A stretch of 64,000 bases of DNA from Bradymonadia bacterium (lineage in GTDB: Bacteria > Myxococcota_A > Bradymonadia > UBA7976 > UBA1532). Shown here piece after piece: positions 29,801 to 38,459 of the stretch. The DNA lies in the NCBI GenBank assembly GCA_046290225.1, contig JBKAGE010000034.1, forward strand, positions 160,001 to 224,000, written 5' to 3'. The position numbers and the translations under genes were made by a program. The notes beneath the pieces were generated by a model. It had not been told where the DNA came from. It saw nothing but the letters and a program-made list of their open reading frames with translations, and did no database searches. Within the stretch, counting starts at the first letter, position 1, and every line of letters starts with the position of its first letter.

Positions 29801-31007
29801 TGAGCAGGCCCTGATCGCACTGCTCGAGGATCTGCTCCACCGAGGGCTGGCTCTCGTTGTAGCGGCCACTCCAGCACTCTTCGAATCCGCCGCCCAGAAC
29901 CTGGGCCTCGGGCAGATCGAGCTGAATGCCTTCAAAGGCCAGGCCCGCAGGGGCGCCATCGGGGGCACAGACGGTGACCCCATCGGTGCCACAGGCACCC
30001 TCGGCGCTACGGCAGGGCTGGTCGAGCAGCTCGGCGAAGTCTTCGTCGGTGGTGCCATCACAGTCATCATCGAGGCCGTTGCACAGCTCCACGACGGGCC
30101 GACCCTCGTCGGCACCGCAGACCACCTCACCGGCGGGGGTACACACCGTGACGCCTTCGCCGCGGCAGGCACCGACGCCACCCTCACAGGCCTCGCCCAC
30201 ACCGGGGAAGCCTTCGTCGGGGGTGCCGTCACAGTCATCGTCGAGACCGTTACAGGCCTCGTCTTCTGGAGGCAGCGGCACCGCGTCACAGACGGCCTCA
30301 CCGGCCTCATTGCACTGGGTGCGGCCTCGCACCGCGCAGATGCCGTCGCCGCTCACACAGGGCTGGCCCACGCCGAGGCCCTCGTCGGCGGTGCCGTCAC
30401 AGTCGTCGTCCTGGCCGTTGCACAGCTCTTCTGAGACCTCGATGGGCTCTGCGCCGCACACCACTCGGCCATCTTCGGCGCACACGTTCACGCCGCGGCT
30501 CACGCAGCGATCGACCACCACGGCGCACTCATCGCCGACGCCGAGGCCTTCATCTGTGCGGCCATCGCAGTCATCGTCGATCTCGTTACACACCTCTTCG
30601 CCGGGCTCGCCACGCTCCCCCTCGCAGGTGAAGTTGCCGTCGGCGTCGCAGGCGATGACACCTTCGCGGCCGCAGGCGCCAGAGGCCGTGGTACAGGGCA
30701 TGCCTACGCCGAGGTTTTCGTCGACCTGACCATCACAGTCGTCGTCCTGGCCGTTGCAGGTCTCGTTCGAGGGCGTACACGAGGGATCGATGTTCCCTGC
30801 CCCGCCCTCACCGGCCTCGCCACCTTCGCCACCGGCCCCCGCGAGGCCGCCGGCGCCCCCCTCACCTGCAGAGCCGTCCACCTGGACCTGCTCGCCGCCT
30901 TCGCCGCCTCCCCCGGAGTCGTCCTCAGGATCTTCGGTACAGGCCGTGAGGGCCAGGCAGGCACCCAACAACCACAGGGTGCCCCAGTTTCGATGTGTTC
31001 TCGCCAT
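26832..31007 (-). CDS. Large surface lipoprotein with many MopE-type (ExCNGxDDDCDG) repeats and four copies of an inserted ~155-aa domain
   Basis: Lipobox LTAC after the ATG at 31007; more than 10 E.C(N/D)..D(D/N)DCDG repeats; four homologous ...WYFS..YSWGF...SCD...CWH...GYRCG domains. Confidence 0.88.
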   Translation of the reverse strand: MARTHRNWGTLWLLGACLALTACTEDPEDDSGGGGEGGEQVQVDGSAGEGGAGGLAGAGGEGGEAGEGGAGNIDPSCTPSNETCNGQDDDCDGQVDENLGVGMPCTTASGACGREGVIACDADGNFTCEGERGEPGEEVCNEIDDDCDGRTDEGLGVGDECAVVVDRCVSRGVNVCAEDGRVVCGAEPIEVSEELCNGQDDDCDGTADEGLGVGQPCVSGDGICAVRGRTQCNEAGEAVCDAVPLPPEDEACNGLDDDCDGTPDEGFPGVGEACEGGVGACRGEGVTVCTPAGEVVCGADEGRPVVELCNGLDDDCDGTTDEDFAELLDQPCRSAEGACGTDGVTVCAPDGAPAGLAFEGIQLDLPEAQVLGGGFEECWSGRYNESQPSVEQILEQCDQGLLMMACRPVGEENLTLAAMGEREIILQDSGNERDPENVHNGVNWYFSDSYSWGFGPVGEALSRNSCDTGNTLPEQRMCWHTSNGNMSGGYRCGQQTLNGNAGWERIIYQRPDRATVVCDAEILEPTPEACDNIDNDCDGIMDEGFDVGGPCAEGIPACERGEVRCNDEGMPACISVGPADPEPEICNGRDDDCDGVVDNAPGVGDPCVSGEGVCAAEGELVCPEIEPGAPIGLSYEGIQQDLPEADIVANGFELCWSGRYNEGQPAVAQILEQCDEGQLMMACRPVGNENFTLAAMGEREIILQESGNERNPVNVHNGVNWYFSATYSWGFGPVGEALSRSSCDTGNTLPEQRMCWHTSNGNMSSGYRCGQQTLNGNAGWERVVFHRPAAPLPVCDAEADEEALSEETCNNVDDDCDGIVDEGFDVGGDCNDENVGACQRGRIACTDEGELFCEPYDVEPDLEICDGIDNDCDGQVDNVEGVGVPCSAGVGACQRDGQFVCSEEGGGGLPFAGIVNDLPEAELLGQGFEPCYVGGYEQVSPVAEILANCQEDVWVMACRQDGQANFQVAATAEREFIIIDAGREQNPPPNEHNGANWYWSDQYSIGFGPAGEPLSRNSCDTQNRDRNDRICWHSGGGNLTNGWRCGSNTGVGNGWERVILQRAGLGLVCNAEAGEPVDELCNELDDDCDESVDEDFDIGAQCIDGIPACEEGQIQCGEDGGEVCVSVGPADPEVEVCNGRDDDCDGVVDNVEGVGDLCVAGEGLCAVEGQIICPPVEDGAPPGLALEGIQQNLPEAQVLAGGFEQCWSGLYNAGNPSVEQILTQCDEDVLMMACRPVGQANLTLAAMGEREFILQDSGNDRNPVNVHNGVNWYFSDSYSWGFGPVGEALSRNSCDTGNTLPEQRMCWHTSNGNISSGYRCGQTTLNGNAGWERIVYQRRGAPLPICSAEPNPEAGVEEICNEIDDDCDGLADEALICEEPEPDPEPPAPEP
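26994..29945 (-). repeat. Four intragenic ~465-bp domain repeats (29478-29945, 28647-29114, 27822-28286, 26994-27461)
   Basis: Copies 1, 2 and 4 share long near-identical DNA tracts (e.g. gttgccgttgctggtgtgccagcacatgcgctgctc); copy 3 is divergent. Confidence 0.9.
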
Positions 31008-31172
31008 ACTCTCTCTCCACTCCCTCTCAGGGCGATCCCCGAGGCCAGCAGCTCCAGTATTGCCCCAAGTGCCCGATGAATGCATCAAGGCAATCACACC
31101 AGAGCGAGCCAGGGGTTCATTCAAGGGGTGCGTTCACGGGATTCGTTCACGGTGGTGCAGCGAAGGGCTGCG

Positions 31173-33197
31173 TCAGAAATCCACGCCGGGGCGTCGCCGG
31201 TCGTGGACCACTGTGGGCAGACCACGCTGTGGCTCCCCGTGACCACCGAGCACTCGATACATGAAGTACAAACGATAGAAACGTTTGATGTAGCCGCGGG
31301 CCTGGCGAAACGGCACTCGATCGACGAACAGATCAATGGGCACACCGGCGTCGCCGTGGATCTCGAAGGCCGTGGTGAGCTGGTCCAGCCATTGATCGAC
31401 AGCCTTGGGGCCGGCGTTGTAGGCCGCCACATAGAGCGGGACTTGCCCCTCGAACCGATCGCGCAGCGCGGCGAGGTACCATGCACCCAGATCGATGTTC
31501 ACTGCGGGATCGAAGAGATCAGGGGCCTCTACCGTGGGGGCGTTGCGATGACGCTGAATCTTCGCCGCCGTGCGGTCGAGCAGCTGCATCAACCCTCGAG
31601 CGTGGGCTCTGCTCACGACGTCGTGGTCGAAGCCGCTCTCCATCCACATGATGCTCCAAATCACCTCACCTTCGAGGCCGGTGGCCCTGGCCGCACGATC
31701 GACCGTCTCCGACCATGGGCGTGGGTGCGCTCGATGAAACGCTTGGGCACCCTCTTCTGTCGCCCCCGTGGTGAGCAGATCCGGGTTTCGGATCAAACTC
31801 AGACGTCGAGCGCGCTGCGCGTCTCCAGCCACCGAGACCAGGCGGTACAGCTGGTCCCACTGCCCATCACGCCTCAGCGCGGGCGCTTCGACATCAAGTC
31901 GCCTGAGAGCGTAGTCATGTAGGCCTGCCTGCACGAGAGCCTGGAGATCCTGCTCCAGCGGGGTGAGGGCGCCCTCCTCTGGGGCCTTCAAAGGCTCCAT
32001 GACGAGGGGCGGCGCCAGCTCGGGCCACTGCAGCCGCACGAGCAGGCCGTACCAGTCCAAAGGAGACTCGGCAGCGAGGGCCTTGAGACCCTGCTTCGCC
32101 GCCTCGGGCGACGAGGCCAACGATGCCCTGAAGGTCCAATAGCGGGCGGCCCGTTGATGACGCCCAGGAGATTGCGCGAGGGCACGAAGCGCGGCGACAG
32201 CCTCACCGTGGCCACCCAGATACAAGCTCCAGGCGTGGTACCACTGGGCGGCCCCGCCCCACTGAGCCCCCTGCACTCGGGCGAACCCTGCTGCGGCTTC
32301 GAGATAGCGCCCGGCCTCATAGGCACCAAAAGCCTGAAAGAAGATGGCCTCTTGTCGGAACTGCCCCTCGGGATACCTCTCCAGATAGTCGGTGTAGTGC
32401 GCAGCAGTTTCTGACAGCCCAGCACGCCCTGCGGCACGTGCAGCGAGATGGCGCGCCTCTTCTTCCAACAGACGTGCCTCAGGGTCCTTCGCCTCTGCGA
32501 TGGTCAAGAACCACCGGTGTGCCTGAGCATAATCTCGACGCCAGGGGGCGAGACGCAGACGCGCCCGAGCCATTAGGGCTGGCCACCTCTGAGGGCCTGC
32601 CTCCAAAGCTGCATAGATCGCGTCTGCTTCAGCGTAGTGGCGCCCCTTTACGAGAGAGGCCGCTCGACGCATCTGGTCGTCTGGTTCGAGCGTGAGGCCC
32701 TTGAGGGCGGCGACGCCCTCTGCCGTAGTCGGGTGATCCAGCGCCAAAGTGCGCTGGAGTTGCTCTGAGACCAGGGCTTCACCGCAGCTGTGGTGCAACT
32801 TTCTCAGCAGCGACAGCCGTGGCGCCTTCTCGATCCACGGCGGATCATCGGCGAGAGCAGTGACGGTGGCGAGCCGATCCTTGCATTTACCCGCCCCAGC
32901 TTGAGCGGCAACCCATCGTGCTCGGTGGCCCCAAGCGGGATGTTTCTCCAACGGGCGCGCTTGCTTTGCTGCCCATGACGCATCCCCAGCAGCGAGAGCG
33001 GCCACAGCAGCTTCGAGGGCAATGGCCTCTCGAAGTCTCGGCGCCTCCAGCCCCGACTTCAGCAGAGCCTTCGCCCCGGCGACGGTGGGCTGGGTGCGCA
33101 GCGCAGCGACTTGCGCCGCCAGGGTCGAGTCGGCCCGGGCCACAAAAGGTGTGATCCACAACGCCAGGAAGGCCGCCCGCACGGACACGGGCGTCAA
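31173..33197 (-). CDS. Soluble lytic transglycosylase (Slt-like) with TPR-like N-terminal region
   Basis: IMWMESGF, SRAHARGLMQL, LFDPAVNIDLGAWYL and AAYNAGP. Confidence 0.9.
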   Translation of the reverse strand: MTPVSVRAAFLALWITPFVARADSTLAAQVAALRTQPTVAGAKALLKSGLEAPRLREAIALEAAVAALAAGDASWAAKQARPLEKHPAWGHRARWVAAQAGAGKCKDRLATVTALADDPPWIEKAPRLSLLRKLHHSCGEALVSEQLQRTLALDHPTTAEGVAALKGLTLEPDDQMRRAASLVKGRHYAEADAIYAALEAGPQRWPALMARARLRLAPWRRDYAQAHRWFLTIAEAKDPEARLLEEEARHLAARAAGRAGLSETAAHYTDYLERYPEGQFRQEAIFFQAFGAYEAGRYLEAAAGFARVQGAQWGGAAQWYHAWSLYLGGHGEAVAALRALAQSPGRHQRAARYWTFRASLASSPEAAKQGLKALAAESPLDWYGLLVRLQWPELAPPLVMEPLKAPEEGALTPLEQDLQALVQAGLHDYALRRLDVEAPALRRDGQWDQLYRLVSVAGDAQRARRLSLIRNPDLLTTGATEEGAQAFHRAHPRPWSETVDRAARATGLEGEVIWSIMWMESGFDHDVVSRAHARGLMQLLDRTAAKIQRHRNAPTVEAPDLFDPAVNIDLGAWYLAALRDRFEGQVPLYVAAYNAGPKAVDQWLDQLTTAFEIHGDAGVPIDLFVDRVPFRQARGYIKRFYRLYFMYRVLGGHGEPQRGLPTVVHDRRRPGVDF

Positions 33198-34171
33198 GGG
33201 GTGATGCCCAAGGCCTCGAGCGCCGACGCCAGATCTTCGGGGAGCGTGGATTCGAAACGCAGCCGCTCGCCAGTGACCGGATGCTCAAAGCCCAGCTCGA
33301 AGGCGTGCAGGGCCTGGCGCTTGAGGCCGAGATCGATGCCCAGCAGTCGCAGCTCCGTGGGACGCTCGATGCGCCGTGGCCGCCCATAAAGCGGATCCCC
33401 GAGCAGAGGCCAGTTGGCTTCGGCCATGTGCACCCTGATTTGATGCGTGCGGCCAGTCTCCAGGCGCATCTCCACCCAGGTCGCGCCGTGGGCTTCGGCG
33501 AGGGCGGTGTAGTGCGTCACCGCTCTACGGCCACGCTCTACCCGCGTGGTGAACTTCAGCCGGTGGTTCATGTGCCGGCCGTGCAGCGTGTCGAAGGTGC
33601 CCATGGCAGGCAGCTGCCGCCCCCAAACGAGGGCATGGTAGCGCCGATCCACAGTGTGCTCGGCGAACTGCGCCGCGAGATGGTGGTGGGCTCGCTCGGT
33701 CCGGGCCACCACGACGACCCCTGTGGTGAAGGCGTCGATGCGGTGCACCACACCAGGTCGGTGGGGTCCGCCGATGGGCGACAGGTTGCCATAGCGGGCC
33801 ACGAGACCATTCACCAGGGTGTCGTCCTGATGCCCGGGCGCCGGGTGCATCACGACACCCGCGGGCTTGTTCACCACCACCAGCTCGGCGTCCTCGTAGA
33901 CGATGTCGAGGTCCATGGGCGTGGCGATGCACTCCGTGGGCTCGGGGGGCGGCAGGTCGATGTGCACCTGTACCCCAGCGTCGAGGGCGAGGGAGGGCTT
34001 CGTCTTCGCGCCATCCACCTTCACACGGCCGGTCTTCACCCACTGGGCAAGGCGACTACGGCTGTAGTCGGGCAGCATCTGAGCGAGGGCGCGGTCGAGG
34101 CGCATGCCAACGAGATCGCCGTCTACGACGAAGACGATGGGCTCCGGAGAGAGTGCGTCTGGGGTGTCCAT
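33194..34171 (-). CDS. rluD: RluA-family pseudouridine synthase with S4 domain (RluD-like)
   Basis: RLDRAL...SRS (S4); VNKPAGVVMHP; RPGVVHRIDAFTTG; LETGRTHQIRVH; RQALHA. Confidence 0.9.
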   Translation of the reverse strand: MDTPDALSPEPIVFVVDGDLVGMRLDRALAQMLPDYSRSRLAQWVKTGRVKVDGAKTKPSLALDAGVQVHIDLPPPEPTECIATPMDLDIVYEDAELVVVNKPAGVVMHPAPGHQDDTLVNGLVARYGNLSPIGGPHRPGVVHRIDAFTTGVVVVARTERAHHHLAAQFAEHTVDRRYHALVWGRQLPAMGTFDTLHGRHMNHRLKFTTRVERGRRAVTHYTALAEAHGATWVEMRLETGRTHQIRVHMAEANWPLLGDPLYGRPRRIERPTELRLLGIDLGLKRQALHAFELGFEHPVTGERLRFESTLPEDLASALEALGITP

Positions 34172-34273
34172 GGGGACGTGTTACTCCGCCGCAGAGAGTG
34201 CGAGCAGGCAGGGGTGGGCCGTGCAGAGGTGACCCCCCGAAGGGCGAGCACAGCATGCCCACACCGAGGGGGC

Positions 34274-34540
34274 TCACCAGAGCTTGGTGGGCATCTCTCG
34301 CGTGTTGTTGGGGATGGCGTCGACGAGGGCACGCTCGAGCAGGTTGTAGCGCTCGCGGATCTCAGGGGCCACGCGGCTGACGTACAGCTCACGGCCCTCG
34401 CTGATGTCAGCCTCGAGGAGTTCGAAGAGGGTGTCCTTCACGAGGCCTTCGGCCACCTTGGACTTGTTGTACAAGAACACATCAGAGGCGATGGTTCGGG
34501 CGAGGCGCAGGGCCCCTTCCACGGTCTTGATTTGAGACAT
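34274..34540 (-). CDS. Conserved-looking 88-aa hypothetical protein
   Basis: ALRLARTIASDVFLYN...EGRELYVSRV...RALVD; codon usage matches neighbours; GAGGG RBS; same strand as flanking genes. Confidence 0.75.
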   Translation of the reverse strand: MSQIKTVEGALRLARTIASDVFLYNKSKVAEGLVKDTLFELLEADISEGRELYVSRVAPEIRERYNLLERALVDAIPNNTREMPTKLW

Positions 34541-34622
34541 CGAGCCCTCGGTGTTGGTTCGGTGAGCCAGGGGTTTCAGCAGACGGTGAACACGCTACGA
34601 CCGGTCATGGCCAGCGTCAACC

Positions 34623-35222
34623 TCAGCCCTCGGGCTCCGGAGGGGCCGTGCGCGGTCCGAGGTAGTCGTGCAGCACCTGATCAGCGTCGAGGTTCAACGC
34701 CCGGGCCACCTGCTTGAGGAACCCGCGCACGTAGACCGTCGCTGGTAGATCATCAAAGATCTCGTCCTCGATGCACCTCAAGTTGAACGTACTGATCTTG
34801 GTGCGCTCGGAGATGTCGTGGAGCGTCATCTCGCAAGCTTCCCGGATCAGGCGGATCACCGCGCCGGTGATGGGCGTGTCCGGCGGCAGGCCCGCAGCGG
34901 CGAGGGGATCGCTCGGCGGAGGCATCCGCGGCGACGGCGCCGGGGGCGCCACCCGCTGATCTGCCCGACGCAGGCTCGGGTGGCCCTCGGGAAACCGCTT
35001 GAGATCGTAGGCTCGCCGCTTCTGGGGGTCGACGAGGATCTGGTAGGCCTCGGTGAGATCGGTGTGCAGCGCCTTGAGCTCCTGGCTGTTGAACAGGCCG
35101 TAAACCACTGGGCCGTTGGCGTCGAACAGGCTGGTCAGGCGTTTGTAAGCCCGACGAATCTCGTCGTCCGTGGCCCCAGGATCGATCTCGAGCAAGGCAT
35201 AGAGGTCGGCGTTGGTTTTCAC
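34623..35222 (-). CDS. J-domain-like plus RodZ-type HTH protein
   Basis: GTG at 35222 overlaps the upstream stop (GTGA); DLYALLEI...EIRRAYKR...EAYQILVDPQKRRAYD; LHDISERTKIS...YVRGFLKQVARALNLD. Confidence 0.82.
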   Translation of the reverse strand: MKTNADLYALLEIDPGATDDEIRRAYKRLTSLFDANGPVVYGLFNSQELKALHTDLTEAYQILVDPQKRRAYDLKRFPEGHPSLRRADQRVAPPAPSPRMPPPSDPLAAAGLPPDTPITGAVIRLIREACEMTLHDISERTKISTFNLRCIEDEIFDDLPATVYVRGFLKQVARALNLDADQVLHDYLGPRTAPPEPEG

Positions 35223-36175
35223 CGGCTCACCTCCCGGGCTCTGACCTCGCGCTGCCGCGAGACCGGGACCAGCAACCGCCGGGACACCCGCTCGATGCGT
35301 TGCCCCAGACTGGAGCCGGGGTACTCGAGCATGAGGGGCCGGCGCATGCGCATTGAGTGGATCGCCGCGTCGTCGTAGTCCATATGGCCGAGGTTTTCGG
35401 CCATCACGCCCCATCGACGCTTCAGAGCGCTGCAGATGCCTGCAGCCATCTCCATGTCGGCCCGGGTACGGCACTGGTTCACCATGATGCGGGGGCAGAA
35501 GCCGTCCACCTTGGTCCGCAGCGCCTTCGCCGCCTCGGGGTGAGAGCCCCCCAAAGCGTTGATGAGATCGTACGGGTTCTGGATCTGGCCCACGTGATCT
35601 GCAGAGAGCACGGCCCGAGCCACCACCCCCGCCACATCGTCGGCGCCGAGGATCAGGTGATAAAGCGCCACCCTCAAGAAAGCGTAGATGCGCTCCACCC
35701 CCACCGGCTCGGGCTTCACCATGACCACGGCGGCGTCGGCCTCCAGGAAGGTGTCGAGGGTCAGGCGATCGCCATGGGTGCCCATGTCGAGCAACACCAC
35801 GTCGGCCTCGAGGCTCAGGGCATGATCCAGGGTGGCCTTGCGCAGCGCATCGCCGGCGCCCCCCGAGATGAGGGTGGGCGGGCGGCACAGCTTGAGCGTA
35901 AGGCCCGGCACCTGCTCCACGAGGGGTTCACCGGCGCTGCGCAGGAGCGCTCCAGGGGCCGGCAGCAGAGGCTCGAGCCCGAGGTAGGTGTGCAGATTGC
36001 CGCCACCGGGATCGAGGTCGGCCACCACCACCTCTCGACCGAGGCGGGAGAGGTACACCCCGATGTTGGCCAGGACGAGGCTGCGGCCTACGCCGCCCTT
36101 GCCGCCGGCGAAGACCACCCGGTAGGGCCCCTGCCCTGGTGGATGCCATGGGAGTTGTTGCAGGTCACCGCTCAT
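35219..36175 (-). CDS. MinD/FlhG(FleN)-like P-loop ATPase
   Basis: GGKGGVGRS, DLDPGGGNLHTYLG, LLDMG and VNQCR. Confidence 0.85.
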   Translation of the reverse strand: MSGDLQQLPWHPPGQGPYRVVFAGGKGGVGRSLVLANIGVYLSRLGREVVVADLDPGGGNLHTYLGLEPLLPAPGALLRSAGEPLVEQVPGLTLKLCRPPTLISGGAGDALRKATLDHALSLEADVVLLDMGTHGDRLTLDTFLEADAAVVMVKPEPVGVERIYAFLRVALYHLILGADDVAGVVARAVLSADHVGQIQNPYDLINALGGSHPEAAKALRTKVDGFCPRIMVNQCRTRADMEMAAGICSALKRRWGVMAENLGHMDYDDAAIHSMRMRRPLMLEYPGSSLGQRIERVSRRLLVPVSRQREVRAREVSR

Positions 36176-36305
36176 GGCGCCTGCTTCTACCGCAACGGCG
36201 AGCCCTGCACAATCTGCCGCGGCGAATTCTCAGTTCTGTCGGGCCGTTGAGGCATGATAGAGCCAATGCTCGAACCGCAGGCCCCCGGGCCTCACTGGAG
36301 CCTTG

Positions 36306-38459
36306 ATGGGCGTACAAACCCAGAGCGCACTCATCGCCGCGGTGTTGCTCACCGTTATGATCATCAACCTGGTCTCTCCCCGGCGACGCACCGCCCAGCG
36401 AAAGACCTTCATCGGGCTGCTCACGGGCCTCACGGCCTACAACGTGGCCTTCTTCGGCCTCGGCGTCTCCGACACCCCCGATCTGTGGCGGGGCATGATG
36501 CAGCTCTCTGCCTTGTCCATCGCCATCCTCGGGCAGCGGTTCTTCGACCGGTTCCTCGAACGTCGAGACGCGCTCATGTGGCGCATCATCACCGGGGCCT
36601 CCATCGGTGGCGGCGTGCTCGTCTTCACACGCCTCGGCGCCACAATGACCGCCAGCGTGCTCCTGGCGATCTACGTGCTCGGGGTTCTGGGCCACTGCAT
36701 CTGGCGGCTCTATCTGCGGTACGAGCGTCAGCAGGCGGAGGAGCAGGGTCCCGAGGCGCAGCGGCTGCTCTATCTGGTCATCGGTGGTGCCGGGGCGCTC
36801 TTCTTCGTGGCCCTCGACCTCCTGGCGCAGACCGGCCTGCCCGTGCCCACCTTCGGCCACCTGCTGCTCACGGGCTACATGTACCTCTGGATGCAGGTCA
36901 TCCAACGTTCTCGCCTGCTCGACCTCAACGAGATGCTCGGCCGCATGGCCACTGTGACAGTTCAGGCTCTGAGCCTCTCTCTCATCTATACCGGCCTCGT
37001 GGTGTGGGTGGGCGAGCGATACGGCCTCTTCGTCTTCAACACCTTCGTGGCCACCCTGGTGCTGGTGCTGCTCTTCGAGCCGCTCCAGCGCGTGCTGGAC
37101 TCTCAGGCCTCGAAGTTGCTGTTTCAGCAGAAGTTTCGCTTCGAGCAGCGCATCAGGCGGCTGAAGGCCAGCCTGTCGCAGACTGTGGGCGTCGACGACA
37201 TGGTGGAGCGGGTGACGAGGGCGCTGAAGGCCGCCCGACGGATCAAACACGTGGCGGTCTATCTGCAGGAGATCGACGGCCGCGGGTATTTTCAGGCCCG
37301 TGACGAGGGGGCTGAGGGGGCCGGGCGGATCGACCTTGTGGGCGATCAGGATTTTGTGCAGGCGCTCAGGGCCGCCCCCGAGGGGGTCACCCGAGAGCTT
37401 CTGGAGCGGGAGATCGACGACTTGGAGTTCGAGGGCGCTCAGACTGGCCGGTCCATCGCCACAGATCGGGCTCACATCAACGCGGTGCTCACCACCCTCG
37501 AGCGACTCGGGGGCAACCTGTGCTTCCCCTTGATTCACAAAGATCGGCTGTCGGGCTTTCTCGTCATCGACGCCGAGCGCCCTCGGGAGGCGTTCTCCAG
37601 CGAAGAGATGCAACGTTGGGGCGAGCTGGCCCACCAGATGACCATCGTGATCGAGAACTCGGTGCTGGTGGAGCAGCTCAAAGAGCGAGAGCGTCTCTCG
37701 GCCCTGGGCCAGATGGCAGCAGGGCTCGCCCACGAGATCCGGAACCCCCTCGGGGCCATCAAAGGGGCCGCTCAGATGCTGGAGCCCGACTCCCTCAACG
37801 AGGACGAGCAGATTTGCGTGGGGGTCATCCTCGAGGAGGTGGATCGACTCAACGTGGTGGTGAGCCAGTTCCTCGATTACGCGCGGCCCTATCGCGGCGC
37901 CCTGTCACCGACTGACATCAACCGGGTCATCGAGAAGGTGGCCCACATGACCGAAGCCGACGAGCTCTCCGACGGCGTGAAGGTGCACCTCGCCCTCGAC
38001 ACCGATCTACCCCCGATCCTCGGAGACGCTGATCAGCTCAAGCAGGTGCTGCTCAACCTAGCACGCAACGCCTGTGAGGCCATGCCCGAGGGCGGCGGCC
38101 TCACCTTCTCCACCCACCTCGCCTTCGAGGAGGCCCCTGGCGCCCCAGGAGAATCGAGGCAGCGTGTGGAGGTCACGGTGGCCGACGAGGGCACAGGTTT
38201 ACCTGAGGGCGCCCGGGAGCAGCTGTTCATGCCCTTCTTCACCACACGACAGGGCGGCACCGGCCTCGGCCTCGCCATCAGCCAGCGGATCGTGCAACAA
38301 CATGGCGGCTCCATCACCGTGCGGCCCGGCGCCACCCGTGGCACGGTCTTCTCGCTCAGGCTGCCACTCGCAGACGACGCCCACGCCCTCACGGGCGAGT
38401 TCCAGCGTCGCCAGGGGCTGACCAACTTCACCCCTCCCCCAGGAGAGGCTGTCTCATGA
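36306..38459 (+). CDS. Membrane sensor histidine kinase (multi-TM, GAF-like, HisKA, HATPase)
   Basis: AHEIRNPLGAIKG, QVLLNLARNACEA, DEGTG, FFTT and GTGLGLAIS. Confidence 0.93.
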   Translation: MGVQTQSALIAAVLLTVMIINLVSPRRRTAQRKTFIGLLTGLTAYNVAFFGLGVSDTPDLWRGMMQLSALSIAILGQRFFDRFLERRDALMWRIITGASIGGGVLVFTRLGATMTASVLLAIYVLGVLGHCIWRLYLRYERQQAEEQGPEAQRLLYLVIGGAGALFFVALDLLAQTGLPVPTFGHLLLTGYMYLWMQVIQRSRLLDLNEMLGRMATVTVQALSLSLIYTGLVVWVGERYGLFVFNTFVATLVLVLLFEPLQRVLDSQASKLLFQQKFRFEQRIRRLKASLSQTVGVDDMVERVTRALKAARRIKHVAVYLQEIDGRGYFQARDEGAEGAGRIDLVGDQDFVQALRAAPEGVTRELLEREIDDLEFEGAQTGRSIATDRAHINAVLTTLERLGGNLCFPLIHKDRLSGFLVIDAERPREAFSSEEMQRWGELAHQMTIVIENSVLVEQLKERERLSALGQMAAGLAHEIRNPLGAIKGAAQMLEPDSLNEDEQICVGVILEEVDRLNVVVSQFLDYARPYRGALSPTDINRVIEKVAHMTEADELSDGVKVHLALDTDLPPILGDADQLKQVLLNLARNACEAMPEGGGLTFSTHLAFEEAPGAPGESRQRVEVTVADEGTGLPEGAREQLFMPFFTTRQGGTGLGLAISQRIVQQHGGSITVRPGATRGTVFSLRLPLADDAHALTGEFQRRQGLTNFTPPPGEAVS

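Noticed and set aside
26994..29945. Diversity-generating retroelement template/variable repeat pair
   Set aside because: All copies lie in frame in one ORF, differences look mostly synonymous and not adenine-specific, and there is no reverse transcriptase in the window.
34623..35888. 421-aa version of the J-domain/HTH ORF
   Set aside because: The N-terminal extension overlaps the ATPase gene in another frame and is low-complexity; the GTG at 35222 (GTGA overlap) is the plausible start.
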